A program made the translations under genes and the position numbers. Under the pieces are notes generated by a model that had not been told where the DNA came from, made no database searches, and saw nothing but the letters and a program-made list of their open reading frames with translations. Below are positions 29,598-38,353 of a stretch of 64,000 bases of DNA, piece after piece. Numbering within the stretch: position 1 is the stretch's first letter; each line of letters opens with the position of its first letter. This stretch comes from Pseudomonadota bacterium (GTDB taxonomy: Bacteria > Pseudomonadota > Gammaproteobacteria > DSM-16500), in contig JAZKAT010000034.1 in assembly GCA_040389045.1 (NCBI GenBank), positions 5,323-69,322 on the forward strand, given 5' to 3'.

Positions 29598-31340
29598 ATG
29601 CAACTGCAAAAACTTCATATTGGCAAAATACTTGTTGAACAAAAGCTAATTACTCAAGAACAATTAGACAAAGCTATTACCCAGCAAAAAGTTACCGGCC
29701 AGCGGCTGGGTCAGGTATTAGTCGACTTGAAATATATTGAAGAAGAGAAAATGTTTGAACTGCTCGCCGAGCAATTAAAACTTACTTATGTCAATTTGAA
29801 AGATTATCCCCTGAAAGCCGATATAGTTACACTGCTGCCTGAATTTTACGCCCGCCAATATCGCGCCATTGTGTTATCTAATGAAAATGACGATTACCTG
29901 GTTGGCATGGTAGACCCGCAAGACCTGGTGGCCAGCGATGAACTTTCACGCTTGCTTAAACATCCTATTCAACCCGCATTAATTCGTGAAGATGATTTAT
30001 TAAAAGTTATTGACTTAATGTATAGACGTACCAGTGAAATTTCTTCGTTCGCTGAAGAATTATCCGATGAATTGAATGAAAATAATTACAATGTTACCCA
30101 GCTAGGGCAGGGACTTTCCGCCTCTGACGCCCCAGTCGCCAAATTACTGGAATCCATTTTTGAAGACGCTGTGCAAATGAAAGCGTCTGATATTCACATA
30201 GAACCCGATGAACATGTGCTGCGCATACGCCAGCGCGTCGATGGCATTTTGCATGAACAAATTATCAAGGAAAAACAAATTGTTCACGCACTTATTTTAC
30301 GCTTGAAATTAATGGCAGGCATTAACATCACTGAAAAACGTGTACCCCAAGACGGTCGCTTCACCATACGCGTCAAAGACAAAAATTATGATGTACGACT
30401 ATCAACTCTACCGATTCAATTTGGTGAATCCGTGGTAATGCGTTTACTAAATCAATCCGACGGTCTATTAGGATTGGAACAAATCGGTATGCCAGCCAAA
30501 GTGCTGGAAGTATTTCGCCAGCTGATTTCATTACCTAACGGTTTGATTTTGATTACCGGGCCCACCGGTAGCGGCAAAACCACCACACTGTATTGCGCGT
30601 TGAATGAGTTAAATGACGCCGATAAAAAAATTATTACCGTTGAAGACCCGGTGGAATACCGCATGTCACGCATCAATCAAGTGCAAATCTCCCCCGCGGT
30701 AGATTTAACTTTCGCGCGCGCATTGCGCTCGATTTTGCGGCAAGATCCCGACATTATTCTGGTCGGAGAACTACGTGACCAGGAAACTGCGGTCATCGCC
30801 ATACGCGCCGCCATGACCGGTCACTTAGTCTTATCCACTTTACACACCAACGATGCCATCAGTACGACGATGCGATTATTAGATATGGGTGTGGAAAGTT
30901 ACCTGGTTGCGGCAGTATTGCGCGGTATCATGGCCCAGCGTTTAGTGCGCCGCAATTGCGTAAAATGTCTGGTACCCGCCAAGTTAAGCATACAGGAAAC
31001 CGTTTGGTTAACCGCCATCGCGGGTGAGAAAGCATTGAAATTACCGTTTAAACAAGGCAAAGGCTGCAATTATTGTAATGGTACAGGTTACAAAGGCCAG
31101 ATTGGTGTTTATGAATTACTGGAATGGACCGCTGAACTCGCCGAATTACTCCGTCAAAACGACATGAAAAAATTTGCTGAAACAGCAAAAAGCCAATCTA
31201 CGTTCCGTCCCTTAGTATTAAGTGGTTTGGATTTTGCTATCGAAGGCATTACTACCATCAGTGAAGTGATGCGTATTTCTGATTTAGGTTTTCAGGATAA
31301 ACCCGATCAAGTTGAATTAATGTCCGAGCCAACAGGATAA
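29598..31340 (+). CDS. mshE: MshE, GspE/PilB-family pilus extension ATPase with an N-terminal MshEN-type c-di-GMP motif
   Basis: GPTGSGKTT (Walker A), PDIILVGELRD (Walker B), LVLSTLHTND (His box) and the tetracysteine CVKC...CNYCNGTG. The N-terminal motif pair is described in the findings. Confidence 0.9.
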   Translation: MQLQKLHIGKILVEQKLITQEQLDKAITQQKVTGQRLGQVLVDLKYIEEEKMFELLAEQLKLTYVNLKDYPLKADIVTLLPEFYARQYRAIVLSNENDDYLVGMVDPQDLVASDELSRLLKHPIQPALIREDDLLKVIDLMYRRTSEISSFAEELSDELNENNYNVTQLGQGLSASDAPVAKLLESIFEDAVQMKASDIHIEPDEHVLRIRQRVDGILHEQIIKEKQIVHALILRLKLMAGINITEKRVPQDGRFTIRVKDKNYDVRLSTLPIQFGESVVMRLLNQSDGLLGLEQIGMPAKVLEVFRQLISLPNGLILITGPTGSGKTTTLYCALNELNDADKKIITVEDPVEYRMSRINQVQISPAVDLTFARALRSILRQDPDIILVGELRDQETAVIAIRAAMTGHLVLSTLHTNDAISTTMRLLDMGVESYLVAAVLRGIMAQRLVRRNCVKCLVPAKLSIQETVWLTAIAGEKALKLPFKQGKGCNYCNGTGYKGQIGVYELLEWTAELAELLRQNDMKKFAETAKSQSTFRPLVLSGLDFAIEGITTISEVMRISDLGFQDKPDQVELMSEPTG

Positions 31341-31344
31341 CGGC

Positions 31345-32565
31345 ATGCCAATATTTACTTTTCATGGCCGTAACACTACCGGAGAAGCAGTCTCCGGCAA
31401 GCGCATGGCGCAAAGCCAGGATGCCTTGAGTGTACAGTTAGTCAAAGAAGGCATTATCCCCATCAACATTTCCTCTGACGATTCAAAAACGGATTGGCAG
31501 GCCATCAAAGACAAATTATTCGCAAAACCAATTTCACAAGATGAAATGAGTGTTTTTGCCAGGCAAATGTATACCTTGGTAAAAACTGGTGTGCCACTAG
31601 GCTCCGCGTTAAAAAACCTTGCCGCCAACATGAAAAACCCCACCATGCGTAATACCTTATACGGTATAGTCGAACACTTGGAAAGCGGTCAGGATTTAGC
31701 AAACGCCATGCAAAGCTATAGCGTATTTCCTCCTATCGTGGTGAGCATGGTACGCGTAGGGCAGAGCAGTGGTAACCTCGCGGAAGCATTTTTACGTATC
31801 AATCAATATATCGAGCAGGAAGGTAGCGCGCTTAAAAAACTTCGCACTGCGATGCGTTATCCGGCGTTTGTTTTGGTTTCAGTGTTTACAGCGATGATTG
31901 TCATTAATATCTTTGTTATACCCGCATTTTCAAATGTATTCTCACAAGCAAAAATAGAATTGCCGTTGATTACCCGTTTATTTATTGGCTTATCTAATTT
32001 CTTTGTACACTACTGGATTTTGTTATCGATTGCAGTTGTTGCACTTGGGCTCGCTTTTTTTTATTACATAAATACTCCTCAGGGCAGATTGAAATGGGAT
32101 AAACTTCTCTTACACATCCCCATCATCGGCCTTATGTTACAGCGCATTGTATTACTCCGGTTCGCACAATCATTCGCGATTACCATTAATTCCGGGATCC
32201 CATTAATAGAAGGCATAGAATTGATTGCCCAATCCGTTAATAACACTTACGCCAGCGAACGTATTTTATTGATGCGCGGCGCCATTGAGCGGGGTAACAA
32301 TCTGGCGCAAGCCGCTGCCATCACCGAATTATTTACGCCGCTTGAATTACAGGTTTTGAGTGTTAGTGAACAAACGGGTGAACTTGGTGAAATGCTTGAA
32401 CAAATCGCAATCTATTATAGACGTGAAGTTGATTATGATTTGAAACGATTAAGCGATATTGTGGAACCATTGCTTATCCTCGCGTTAGCAGGGTTTATCT
32501 TAATGTTAGCATTGGCAGTCTATGTGCCAATCTGGAATATGGCAAAACTAGCGCATATGAATTAA
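31345..32565 (+). CDS. mshG: MshG, GspF/PilC-family inner-membrane platform protein
   Basis: 406 aa with duplicated GspF domains (FARQMYTLVKTGVPL... and FAQSFAITINSGIPL...) and three TM segments. Confidence 0.88.
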   Translation: MPIFTFHGRNTTGEAVSGKRMAQSQDALSVQLVKEGIIPINISSDDSKTDWQAIKDKLFAKPISQDEMSVFARQMYTLVKTGVPLGSALKNLAANMKNPTMRNTLYGIVEHLESGQDLANAMQSYSVFPPIVVSMVRVGQSSGNLAEAFLRINQYIEQEGSALKKLRTAMRYPAFVLVSVFTAMIVINIFVIPAFSNVFSQAKIELPLITRLFIGLSNFFVHYWILLSIAVVALGLAFFYYINTPQGRLKWDKLLLHIPIIGLMLQRIVLLRFAQSFAITINSGIPLIEGIELIAQSVNNTYASERILLMRGAIERGNNLAQAAAITELFTPLELQVLSVSEQTGELGEMLEQIAIYYRREVDYDLKRLSDIVEPLLILALAGFILMLALAVYVPIWNMAKLAHMN

Positions 32566-32646
32566 AAAAGCTTGCTGCACAATTGTAAACTCATGTTACA
32601 ATTGGCATTATTTATATGGATTTTACAATTACAAGGACGATTAAAC

Positions 32647-33030
32647 ATGGTAGCAGTTAACAGACGCAATGGAAGTTCTGGTTTCACTTTAATTGAATTA
32701 GTAATAGTTATCGCCATTCTCGGCATTCTCGCGGCAGTCGCAATCCCAAAACTTTTCAACATTACTGGCGACGCGCAAGCGGCCGCTACTGCTGGAGTGG
32801 CTGGCGCGCTCAGCGCCGCTAACGCGGAAAATTACGCAGTCAGAACGGAAAAATCTACTAACGGTCAAACTGTTGCAAATTGCACGGATGTAGGTAGTTT
32901 GCTGCAAGGCGGCTTGCCTTCCGGTTATACCATTACTACCGGTACGGCCGCTGTTAACGTAACCGTTACCTGCACAGTGACTGGGTTAAATAGCACTACG
33001 GCAAGTTTTACGGCAACCGGAATTAATTAA
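32647..33030 (+). CDS. type IVa (MshA-like) major pilin, copy 1
   Basis: Leader [12 protein letters not shown]|[22 protein letters not shown], with G-1, F+1 and E+5, and a C-terminal Cys pair (NCTD...VTCTV). The ATG at 32647 has an AAGGA RBS; the longer track ORF from TTG 32572 is rejected. Confidence 0.9.
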   Translation: MVAVNRRNGSSGFTLIELVIVIAILGILAAVAIPKLFNITGDAQAAATAGVAGALSAANAENYAVRTEKSTNGQTVANCTDVGSLLQGGLPSGYTITTGTAAVNVTVTCTVTGLNSTTASFTATGIN

Positions 33031-33052
33031 TTTTTAACTAGGGATAATACTT

Positions 33053-33421
33053 ATGAAACGTACCAATCAGGGTTTCACTTTAATTGAATTAGTTATCGTT
33101 ATTGCCATCTTGGGTATTCTAGCTGCGGTTGCTATTCCAAAACTTTTCAACATTACTGGCGATGCTCAATCGGCTGCTACTTCGGGTGTTGCCGGTGCAC
33201 TTGCGGCCGCCAATGCGGAAAACTACGCTGTCCGAACTGAAAAAACCACCAACGGTCAATCCGTAGCAAACTGTACGGATGTAGGCTCTCTGCTGCAGGG
33301 TGGTCTGCCTTCTGGTTACACTATTACCGGTGCGGCAGTTGGCGTTGGTGTTACTGTTACTTGTACGGTTACTGGCTTAAACAGCACTACCGCAACTTTT
33401 ACAGCAACCGGCATTAGCTGA
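33053..33421 (+). CDS. type IVa (MshA-like) major pilin, copy 2
   Basis: MKRTNQG|[22 protein letters not shown]. It has the same architecture as copy 1. Confidence 0.9.
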   Translation: MKRTNQGFTLIELVIVIAILGILAAVAIPKLFNITGDAQSAATSGVAGALAAANAENYAVRTEKTTNGQSVANCTDVGSLLQGGLPSGYTITGAAVGVGVTVTCTVTGLNSTTATFTATGIS

Positions 33422-33464
33422 TTTAATAGCTTTGGTTAAACACAGACAGAGCGGAGCTTATTGA

Positions 33465-33845
33465 ATGGCTGTGCAAACCAGACATTTAGCGACAGGATTT
33501 ACATTAATCGAATTAGTTATCGTAATTGCGGTCTTGGGAATATTAGCCGCAGTTGCCATCCCTAAATTGTTTAATATTACCGGTGACGCGCAAAGCTCTG
33601 CTGTCAAAGGCGTGGCTGGCGCTTTATCCGCTGCAAATGCGGAAAACTATGCTGTGCGAACGGAAAAATCCACGAATGGCGCCGCCGTGGCGAATTGTAC
33701 TGATGTAGGTAACTTATTACAGGGTGGCTTACCAAGCGGGTATACCATCACCAGCGCCGCCGTCAGTGTTAACGTAACGTTAACTTGCACCGTCAATGGC
33801 TTAAACAGCAATACCGCCACCTTCAACGCCACCGGCATATCGTAG
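33465..33845 (+). CDS. type IVa (MshA-like) major pilin, copy 3
   Basis: [11 protein letters not shown]|[22 protein letters not shown]. It has the same architecture as copy 1. Confidence 0.9.
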   Translation: MAVQTRHLATGFTLIELVIVIAVLGILAAVAIPKLFNITGDAQSSAVKGVAGALSAANAENYAVRTEKSTNGAAVANCTDVGNLLQGGLPSGYTITSAAVSVNVTLTCTVNGLNSNTATFNATGIS

Positions 33846-33864
33846 CCCGACCTACGGGGAAACC

Positions 33865-34920
33865 TTAACCAGAACCTCGATGTTTCACCCCTAACGCCAA
33901 CTGTTCCAACAGCGGCAACGTTTCCCGCCACGATAAACATGCATCCGTGATACTCTGCCCATAGACCAGCGGTTTATTAGCATTAACCTGTTGCTTCCCC
34001 GCCACCAGATTACTCTCTAACATCACACCTAAAATACTCGTAGCACCTTCCTGAAGTTGTTCCACCAGCGCACTAATCACTTTGGGTTGTTGCTGAAAAT
34101 CTCTCATGCTATTGCCATGGCTGCAATCTACCATCAACCGTTGGGTAAGCCCGGCATCCGCCAGTGCGTTCACCGCTTTTTTAATATCAACATTCGTGTA
34201 ATTAACCGCATCATGCGAACCACGCAACACAATATGACCAGCATTATTGCCCGGAGTGCGCGTGACTGCGACTTCACCTGTCGTTGAAATTCCTAAAAAA
34301 CAATGGGAGTGACGCGCCGCATTCACCGCATCCACAGCAACTTGAACATTGCCAGCCGTCGTATTTTTAAAACCAACTGGCATTGCTAGACCAGAAGCCA
34401 ATTCCCTATGCAATTGACTTTCCGCAGTGCGCGCACCAATAGCACTCCAGGTAATTAAATCCTGTAAATACTGCGGAATAATGTTATCGAGAAATTCAGT
34501 GGCAGCAGGAACACCCCGTTTTGCTAATTGTAATAAAATTTTACGCGCCAATTGCAAACCATGGTTAATATCAAAACTCTCATCTAACCAGGGATCGCTA
34601 ATCAATCCTTTCCACCCCAGCAGGGTCCGCGGTTTTTCAAAGTAAACACGCATCACTATTAACAATTCATCCGCGAACTGCAGTGCCGCGTTTGATAATA
34701 ATTCCGCATATTCCAAAGTAATATTTTCATCATGGATAGAGCAGGGGCCGACGATGACGAGTAAGCGCTGATCGCGCCCTTGGATAATATTGGTGGTAGC
34801 TGCCCTGGCCGCCTTAATGAAAGAAGTGCTACCCACGGAACATGGCATCGCTTGAAGTAACTCACGGGGCTTGATAAGCGGGGGCTGCGCAATACAAAAA
34901 TCATTCAATAGTTCGGACAT
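33865..34920 (-). CDS. aroG: 3-deoxy-7-phosphoheptulonate (DAHP) synthase, class I; the isozyme cannot be assigned from sequence alone
   Basis: LLVIVGPCSIHD, MRVYFEKPRTLLGWKGLISDP, GARTAESQLHRELASGL, PVGFKN. Colinear with E. coli AroG. Confidence 0.92.
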   Translation of the reverse strand: MSELLNDFCIAQPPLIKPRELLQAMPCSVGSTSFIKAARAATTNIIQGRDQRLLVIVGPCSIHDENITLEYAELLSNAALQFADELLIVMRVYFEKPRTLLGWKGLISDPWLDESFDINHGLQLARKILLQLAKRGVPAATEFLDNIIPQYLQDLITWSAIGARTAESQLHRELASGLAMPVGFKNTTAGNVQVAVDAVNAARHSHCFLGISTTGEVAVTRTPGNNAGHIVLRGSHDAVNYTNVDIKKAVNALADAGLTQRLMVDCSHGNSMRDFQQQPKVISALVEQLQEGATSILGVMLESNLVAGKQQVNANKPLVYGQSITDACLSWRETLPLLEQLALGVKHRGSG

Positions 34921-35041
34921 AATAGGGTGTGCATTTTAAGGAGTGACTTAGTATAAATGAAAGGAGTAGAAACCACTGCTTTTTTTTCTTAATTTACTAC
35001 GCTATATTGTTACCCTTTGTTTGAATGAAAAAGGAACTAGC

Positions 35042-35929
35042 ATGTCAGTTGCAGGTCTATCCATTCACTTTGTGGGCTCAGCCTCCGGTATTGCCGCGGA
35101 AGATCCCGGTTGCGCGGACGGTCCAAAAACCTTGCAGGATTCCAAATTATTTCAGCAAGCCTTGCAACAAGCTTCGCTGCTGTTTCAATGGGAAAGCATT
35201 TTGACACCAGGCACTACAACTTCCCCGTTGGAAAATGTGACTGAACATTGCCAAAAATTAGCAACGCAAGTTGCTAACCTGGTACATGACCAAAAACCCT
35301 TTATGGTTTTTGGCGGTGACCATTCTTGCGCGATTGGCACCTGGAGTGGCGCCTATAGTGAAATAGCCAAACACGGCGACCTGGGACTTATCTGGATTGA
35401 CGCCCACATGGATAGCCACACTCCAGCAACTACACCCTCTGGGAATATTCACGGTATGCCTTTGGCTTGTTTATTAGGTGATGGCTATCCACAACTCACG
35501 ACTATTTTAAATAAAGCTCCCAAAATCAAACCCGAAAATCTTTGCCTAATCGGTATCCGCAGTTTTGAAACAGGCGAAGCGGAATTGTTAAAAAGTTTAA
35601 AAGTGCGTATCTATGACATGGCTGAAGTCAAACAGCGCGGCCTGGCGATCATCATCAAGGAAGCAATCGCCCACGTCACCACCAATACCGTAGCCTACGG
35701 CGTCACCATTGATATAGACAGCATTGATCCTAATGATGCACCCGCTACCGGTGTCAGCGAACCAGACGGGCTGTCAGGGCGTGAATTGTGCAACGCAGCA
35801 AAACAATTTGCTTATGATAAGCGCTTAATTGGCAGTGAAATAGTTGAATTTGATCCACACCGTGATCAAAATAAAATTACCGAAAAATTGATCGCCAATC
35901 TCGTCGTCGCTCTCCTGTCAGGGGCGTGA
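35042..35929 (+). CDS. rocF: arginase (ureohydrolase family)
   Basis: GGDHSCAIG, WIDAHMDSHTP, SGNIHGMPLACLLG, TIDIDSIDPNDAPATGV, PDGLSGRE. The SGNxHGMP and APATG motifs favour arginase over agmatinase. Confidence 0.8.
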   Translation: MSVAGLSIHFVGSASGIAAEDPGCADGPKTLQDSKLFQQALQQASLLFQWESILTPGTTTSPLENVTEHCQKLATQVANLVHDQKPFMVFGGDHSCAIGTWSGAYSEIAKHGDLGLIWIDAHMDSHTPATTPSGNIHGMPLACLLGDGYPQLTTILNKAPKIKPENLCLIGIRSFETGEAELLKSLKVRIYDMAEVKQRGLAIIIKEAIAHVTTNTVAYGVTIDIDSIDPNDAPATGVSEPDGLSGRELCNAAKQFAYDKRLIGSEIVEFDPHRDQNKITEKLIANLVVALLSGA

Positions 35930-36039
35930 ATAAGCCGTTAATAATCCATTACATCGCAACCTGTAAAGCATTCTAATGTGTAACAATTTTATCCAATTTT
36001 CGCTGATTTTATGCTATTCTGATAAAAAGGAGGACAATA

Positions 36040-36630
36040 ATGCCAGATAAAGTCCATGCCTTATTAGATTTTTGGTTCGGTGATTTGGGGATGGCCGACT
36101 TACCCTCAAGTGACCGAACTAATTTATGGTTTGGAGAAAGTGAAAAACTAAAACAAATGATCACCGAATCTTTTGGTGACATTTACCAAGCCGCGGTAAC
36201 GGGTCAACACGATGAGTGGGCTGAAACACCGCGCGGGCGTTTGGCATTAATCATTTTACTGGATCAGTTTTCACGCTACTTATACCGCAATTCTCCCCAG
36301 GCATTTGATTATGACAAATTAGCCCAGTCACTTTCCATTGAAGGGTTACGTAATGAAATGGACCATTCGTTAACTTTAATTGAACGGGTATTTTTCTACA
36401 TGCCTTTGGTTCATGCCGAAGACGTTGCCATACAAGAACAATCGATTCGCTTATTTCAAAGTTTAGTCGGTTTATCCATGTCAGAAACCACTCAGGTTTA
36501 CCAATTATTTCTTGCTTATGCGTATGCGCATTTCCGCGTGATTAAAGAATTTGGTCGTTTTCCACAACGCAACAATGTACTCGGTCGCCCTTCAACTGAT
36601 GCGGAAGTTGCTTTTCTTAAAAGCGCATAA
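36040..36630 (+). CDS. DUF924-family protein
   Basis: LDFWFGD...WFG...RGRLALIILLDQFSRYLYR...AF..D is the pattern I associate with DUF924. Confidence 0.6.
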   Translation: MPDKVHALLDFWFGDLGMADLPSSDRTNLWFGESEKLKQMITESFGDIYQAAVTGQHDEWAETPRGRLALIILLDQFSRYLYRNSPQAFDYDKLAQSLSIEGLRNEMDHSLTLIERVFFYMPLVHAEDVAIQEQSIRLFQSLVGLSMSETTQVYQLFLAYAYAHFRVIKEFGRFPQRNNVLGRPSTDAEVAFLKSA

Positions 36631-36674
36631 TCTAACTTGCCTCTTAACAAAAAACTTGCTATCAATCTGGCATC

Positions 36675-36747
36675 GGGGTCGTAGCTCAGTTGGTAGAGCG
36701 CTACGTTCGCAACGTAGAGGTCGGGAGTTCGACTCTCCTCGGCTCCA
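36675..36747 (+). tRNA. tRNA-Ala (anticodon CGC); no encoded CCA
   Basis: Hand-folded cloverleaf. The acceptor GGGGTCG/CGGCTCC has the G3:U70 Ala identity pair. D arm GCTC/GAGC, anticodon arm CTACG-TTCGCAA-CGTAG, T arm GGGAG-TTCGACT-CTCCT. Confidence 0.9.
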
Positions 36748-36748
36748 A

Positions 36749-37099
36749 TCACTTGACCAATTGCTGTTGTTTCTCTTGGTCAATTTGCTGCTGAGTCACT
36801 GGCGTGCTGGGCCCTATAGGCGGCGCATAAGAGGGTGTACCTGGCGTGGCAGGCACTGCATTATTCTGTTGCGCCTGCGCTGAATTTGATGCCGTGGGCG
36901 CCGCACTCGTTGATGTTGGACTTGGAGCAGTTTGCGTAGCACCATTTGGAGTCACAGCGGTTGGTGCGGTCGGCGTGGCCAGCGGAGCTGGAAGATTACT
37001 GCCCCCAGTTGGACTTGGGCTACTTCCATTCATATCAGCAAACACTGGCGAAGCTGCGAGCAATGTTGCAAAACATAGTACAAATTTTAAAGTGTTCAT
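36749..37099 (-). CDS. secreted Pro/Thr/Ala-rich low-complexity protein
   Basis: AAGGA RBS and signal peptide MNTLKFVLCFATLLAASPVFA|DM. The mature part is PT-rich. Its stop lies 1 nt from the tRNA-Ala 3' end. The opposite-strand ORF 36846..37136 lacks an RBS and signal peptide. Confidence 0.6.
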   Translation of the reverse strand: MNTLKFVLCFATLLAASPVFADMNGSSPSPTGGSNLPAPLATPTAPTAVTPNGATQTAPSPTSTSAAPTASNSAQAQQNNAVPATPGTPSYAPPIGPSTPVTQQQIDQEKQQQLVK

Positions 37100-37338
37100 A
37101 TTAGAGTCCTTTTCATTAAGAATACTAATATTTTAACACTATTATTTGTCGTAAACCTATTTTGATCCTGCTTGTTTTTTCGCAATAGTTTCTATTTTTC
37201 AGCTGGCTAGCGGCTTTTAACATTGAATCAATTACCTACGTCACGCTAATTATTTGATTCATTATTTCACTTAACAAAATTTGATGAAAAAGCCATTTTC
37301 AGGCATAATTCAGCTTACTTAATAAGATGGATCTTGTA

Positions 37339-38283
37339 ATGAAAAGCTTTAAAAAACCGCTCACGCTGCTGCATATATTTTTTAAAACGATGTTACCGGT
37401 TACCGCTAGTTTATCTCTCTTCGTGAGCACTTGCGGTTTTAGCGATGCGGCCACCACCAAACATCATCACCACCATCCTTTGGCACAACCGAAACTAGTC
37501 CATCATGTCGCGCATAGGCACGGGACCCATAGGCTCACTCAGCATAAACGCAGCAGGATACATCATTCGCCTACTACCGTTTCGGATGATTCTCCAGCTT
37601 TATTTGCCGCCGCGGTACCCGCTTATTACAATAAGCCCGATTATACAATTCCGGTGCCGGTTACCGTTAGCCAAAAACATTTAGTCAATTTTGTTGATAA
37701 AACCGTTTCAACTTTACAATACAGTGATTACAAACTGGGTGGCACGAAATTTGATCCCTCGCATGGCGTGTACGTGTTGGATTGTTCTAACTTCGTTGAT
37801 CATATCCTGCAAACCGCTTCACCCCTTGCTTATTCAAGATTGGTGAGCGCGACAGGTGCGGTGGCGCCGTCTACTCAACACTATTACGATTTCTTTAAAG
37901 ATCTGGAAGCGGATCAGGGAAATTTTTGGCAGGGAGTTAACTCCGTTGAACAGTTACGCCCCGGTGATATTTTAGTTTTTCGTTATAAACATTCGCACGG
38001 TGGTAGCACTGGCGGCGGCCATGTGATGGTAGTAATGGACACCCCAAAACGCAATACCAATGTATTCTTGGTCCGCGTCGCTGACTCAGCTCCTAGTCGT
38101 CACAGCCTGGATACGCGCCAAATACACGAAGGTGGTATTGGCATTGGTACATTATTATTAAAAGTAAATCCTCTTACAGGATCTCCGAATGCTTATGCCT
38201 GGGTCATGGGGGGTTACTGGAATAAAAACGTGAATTTTGCCATGGCCAGACCGTTGGACAATGCTGAGATAACCGGCGTATAA
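37339..38283 (+). CDS. secreted NlpC/P60-superfamily-like cysteine peptidase/amidase with an N-terminal His-rich tract
   Basis: Signal/TM segment LLHIFFKTMLPVTASLSLFVSTCGF, then the His-rich TTKHHHHHPLAQPKLVHHVAHRHGTHRLTQH. Cys box YVLDCSNFVDHI and His box GGGHVMVVMD occur in the canonical Cys-then-His order. Confidence 0.5.
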   Translation: MKSFKKPLTLLHIFFKTMLPVTASLSLFVSTCGFSDAATTKHHHHHPLAQPKLVHHVAHRHGTHRLTQHKRSRIHHSPTTVSDDSPALFAAAVPAYYNKPDYTIPVPVTVSQKHLVNFVDKTVSTLQYSDYKLGGTKFDPSHGVYVLDCSNFVDHILQTASPLAYSRLVSATGAVAPSTQHYYDFFKDLEADQGNFWQGVNSVEQLRPGDILVFRYKHSHGGSTGGGHVMVVMDTPKRNTNVFLVRVADSAPSRHSLDTRQIHEGGIGIGTLLLKVNPLTGSPNAYAWVMGGYWNKNVNFAMARPLDNAEITGV

Positions 38284-38353
38284 TTTTCTTGCAATAAACT
38301 TCATTCTATTATAAACATATTCTTATAATTCATATAATTAGATAGGAAGTTTA

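Noticed and set aside
32602-32620. A possible sigma-54 promoter (TTGGCAT...) upstream of the first pilin gene, as is common for type IV pilins.
   Set aside because: The -24 GG element is plausible, but the sequence at the expected -12 position is ATATGG rather than TTGC. I cannot support a sigma-54 call. A duplicated TTACAATT octamer (32595 and 32623) was noted, but it is too short to interpret.
32572-32646. A 25-codon N-terminal extension of pilin copy 1 from a TTG start ([25 protein letters not shown]).
   Set aside because: Prepilin leaders are short and end in Gly. The internal ATG at 32647 has an AAGGA RBS and gives a leader comparable to the other two copies.
36516-36883. Three track ORFs overlapping tRNA-Ala (36516..36752, 36551..36883, 36592..36783), and four overlapping the Gly/Cys/Leu tRNA cluster (49955..50137, 50147..50380, 50167..50400, 50220..50420).
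   Set aside because: The region folds into canonical cloverleaf tRNAs with the correct identity elements. The ORFs are artefacts of translating structured RNA genes.
36846-37136. A 96-aa + strand ORF overlapping the Pro/Thr-rich secreted protein gene.
   Set aside because: The minus-strand frame has a good RBS and a canonical signal peptide. The + strand frame has neither and is simply the Ala/Gly/Val-rich complement of a PT-rich gene.
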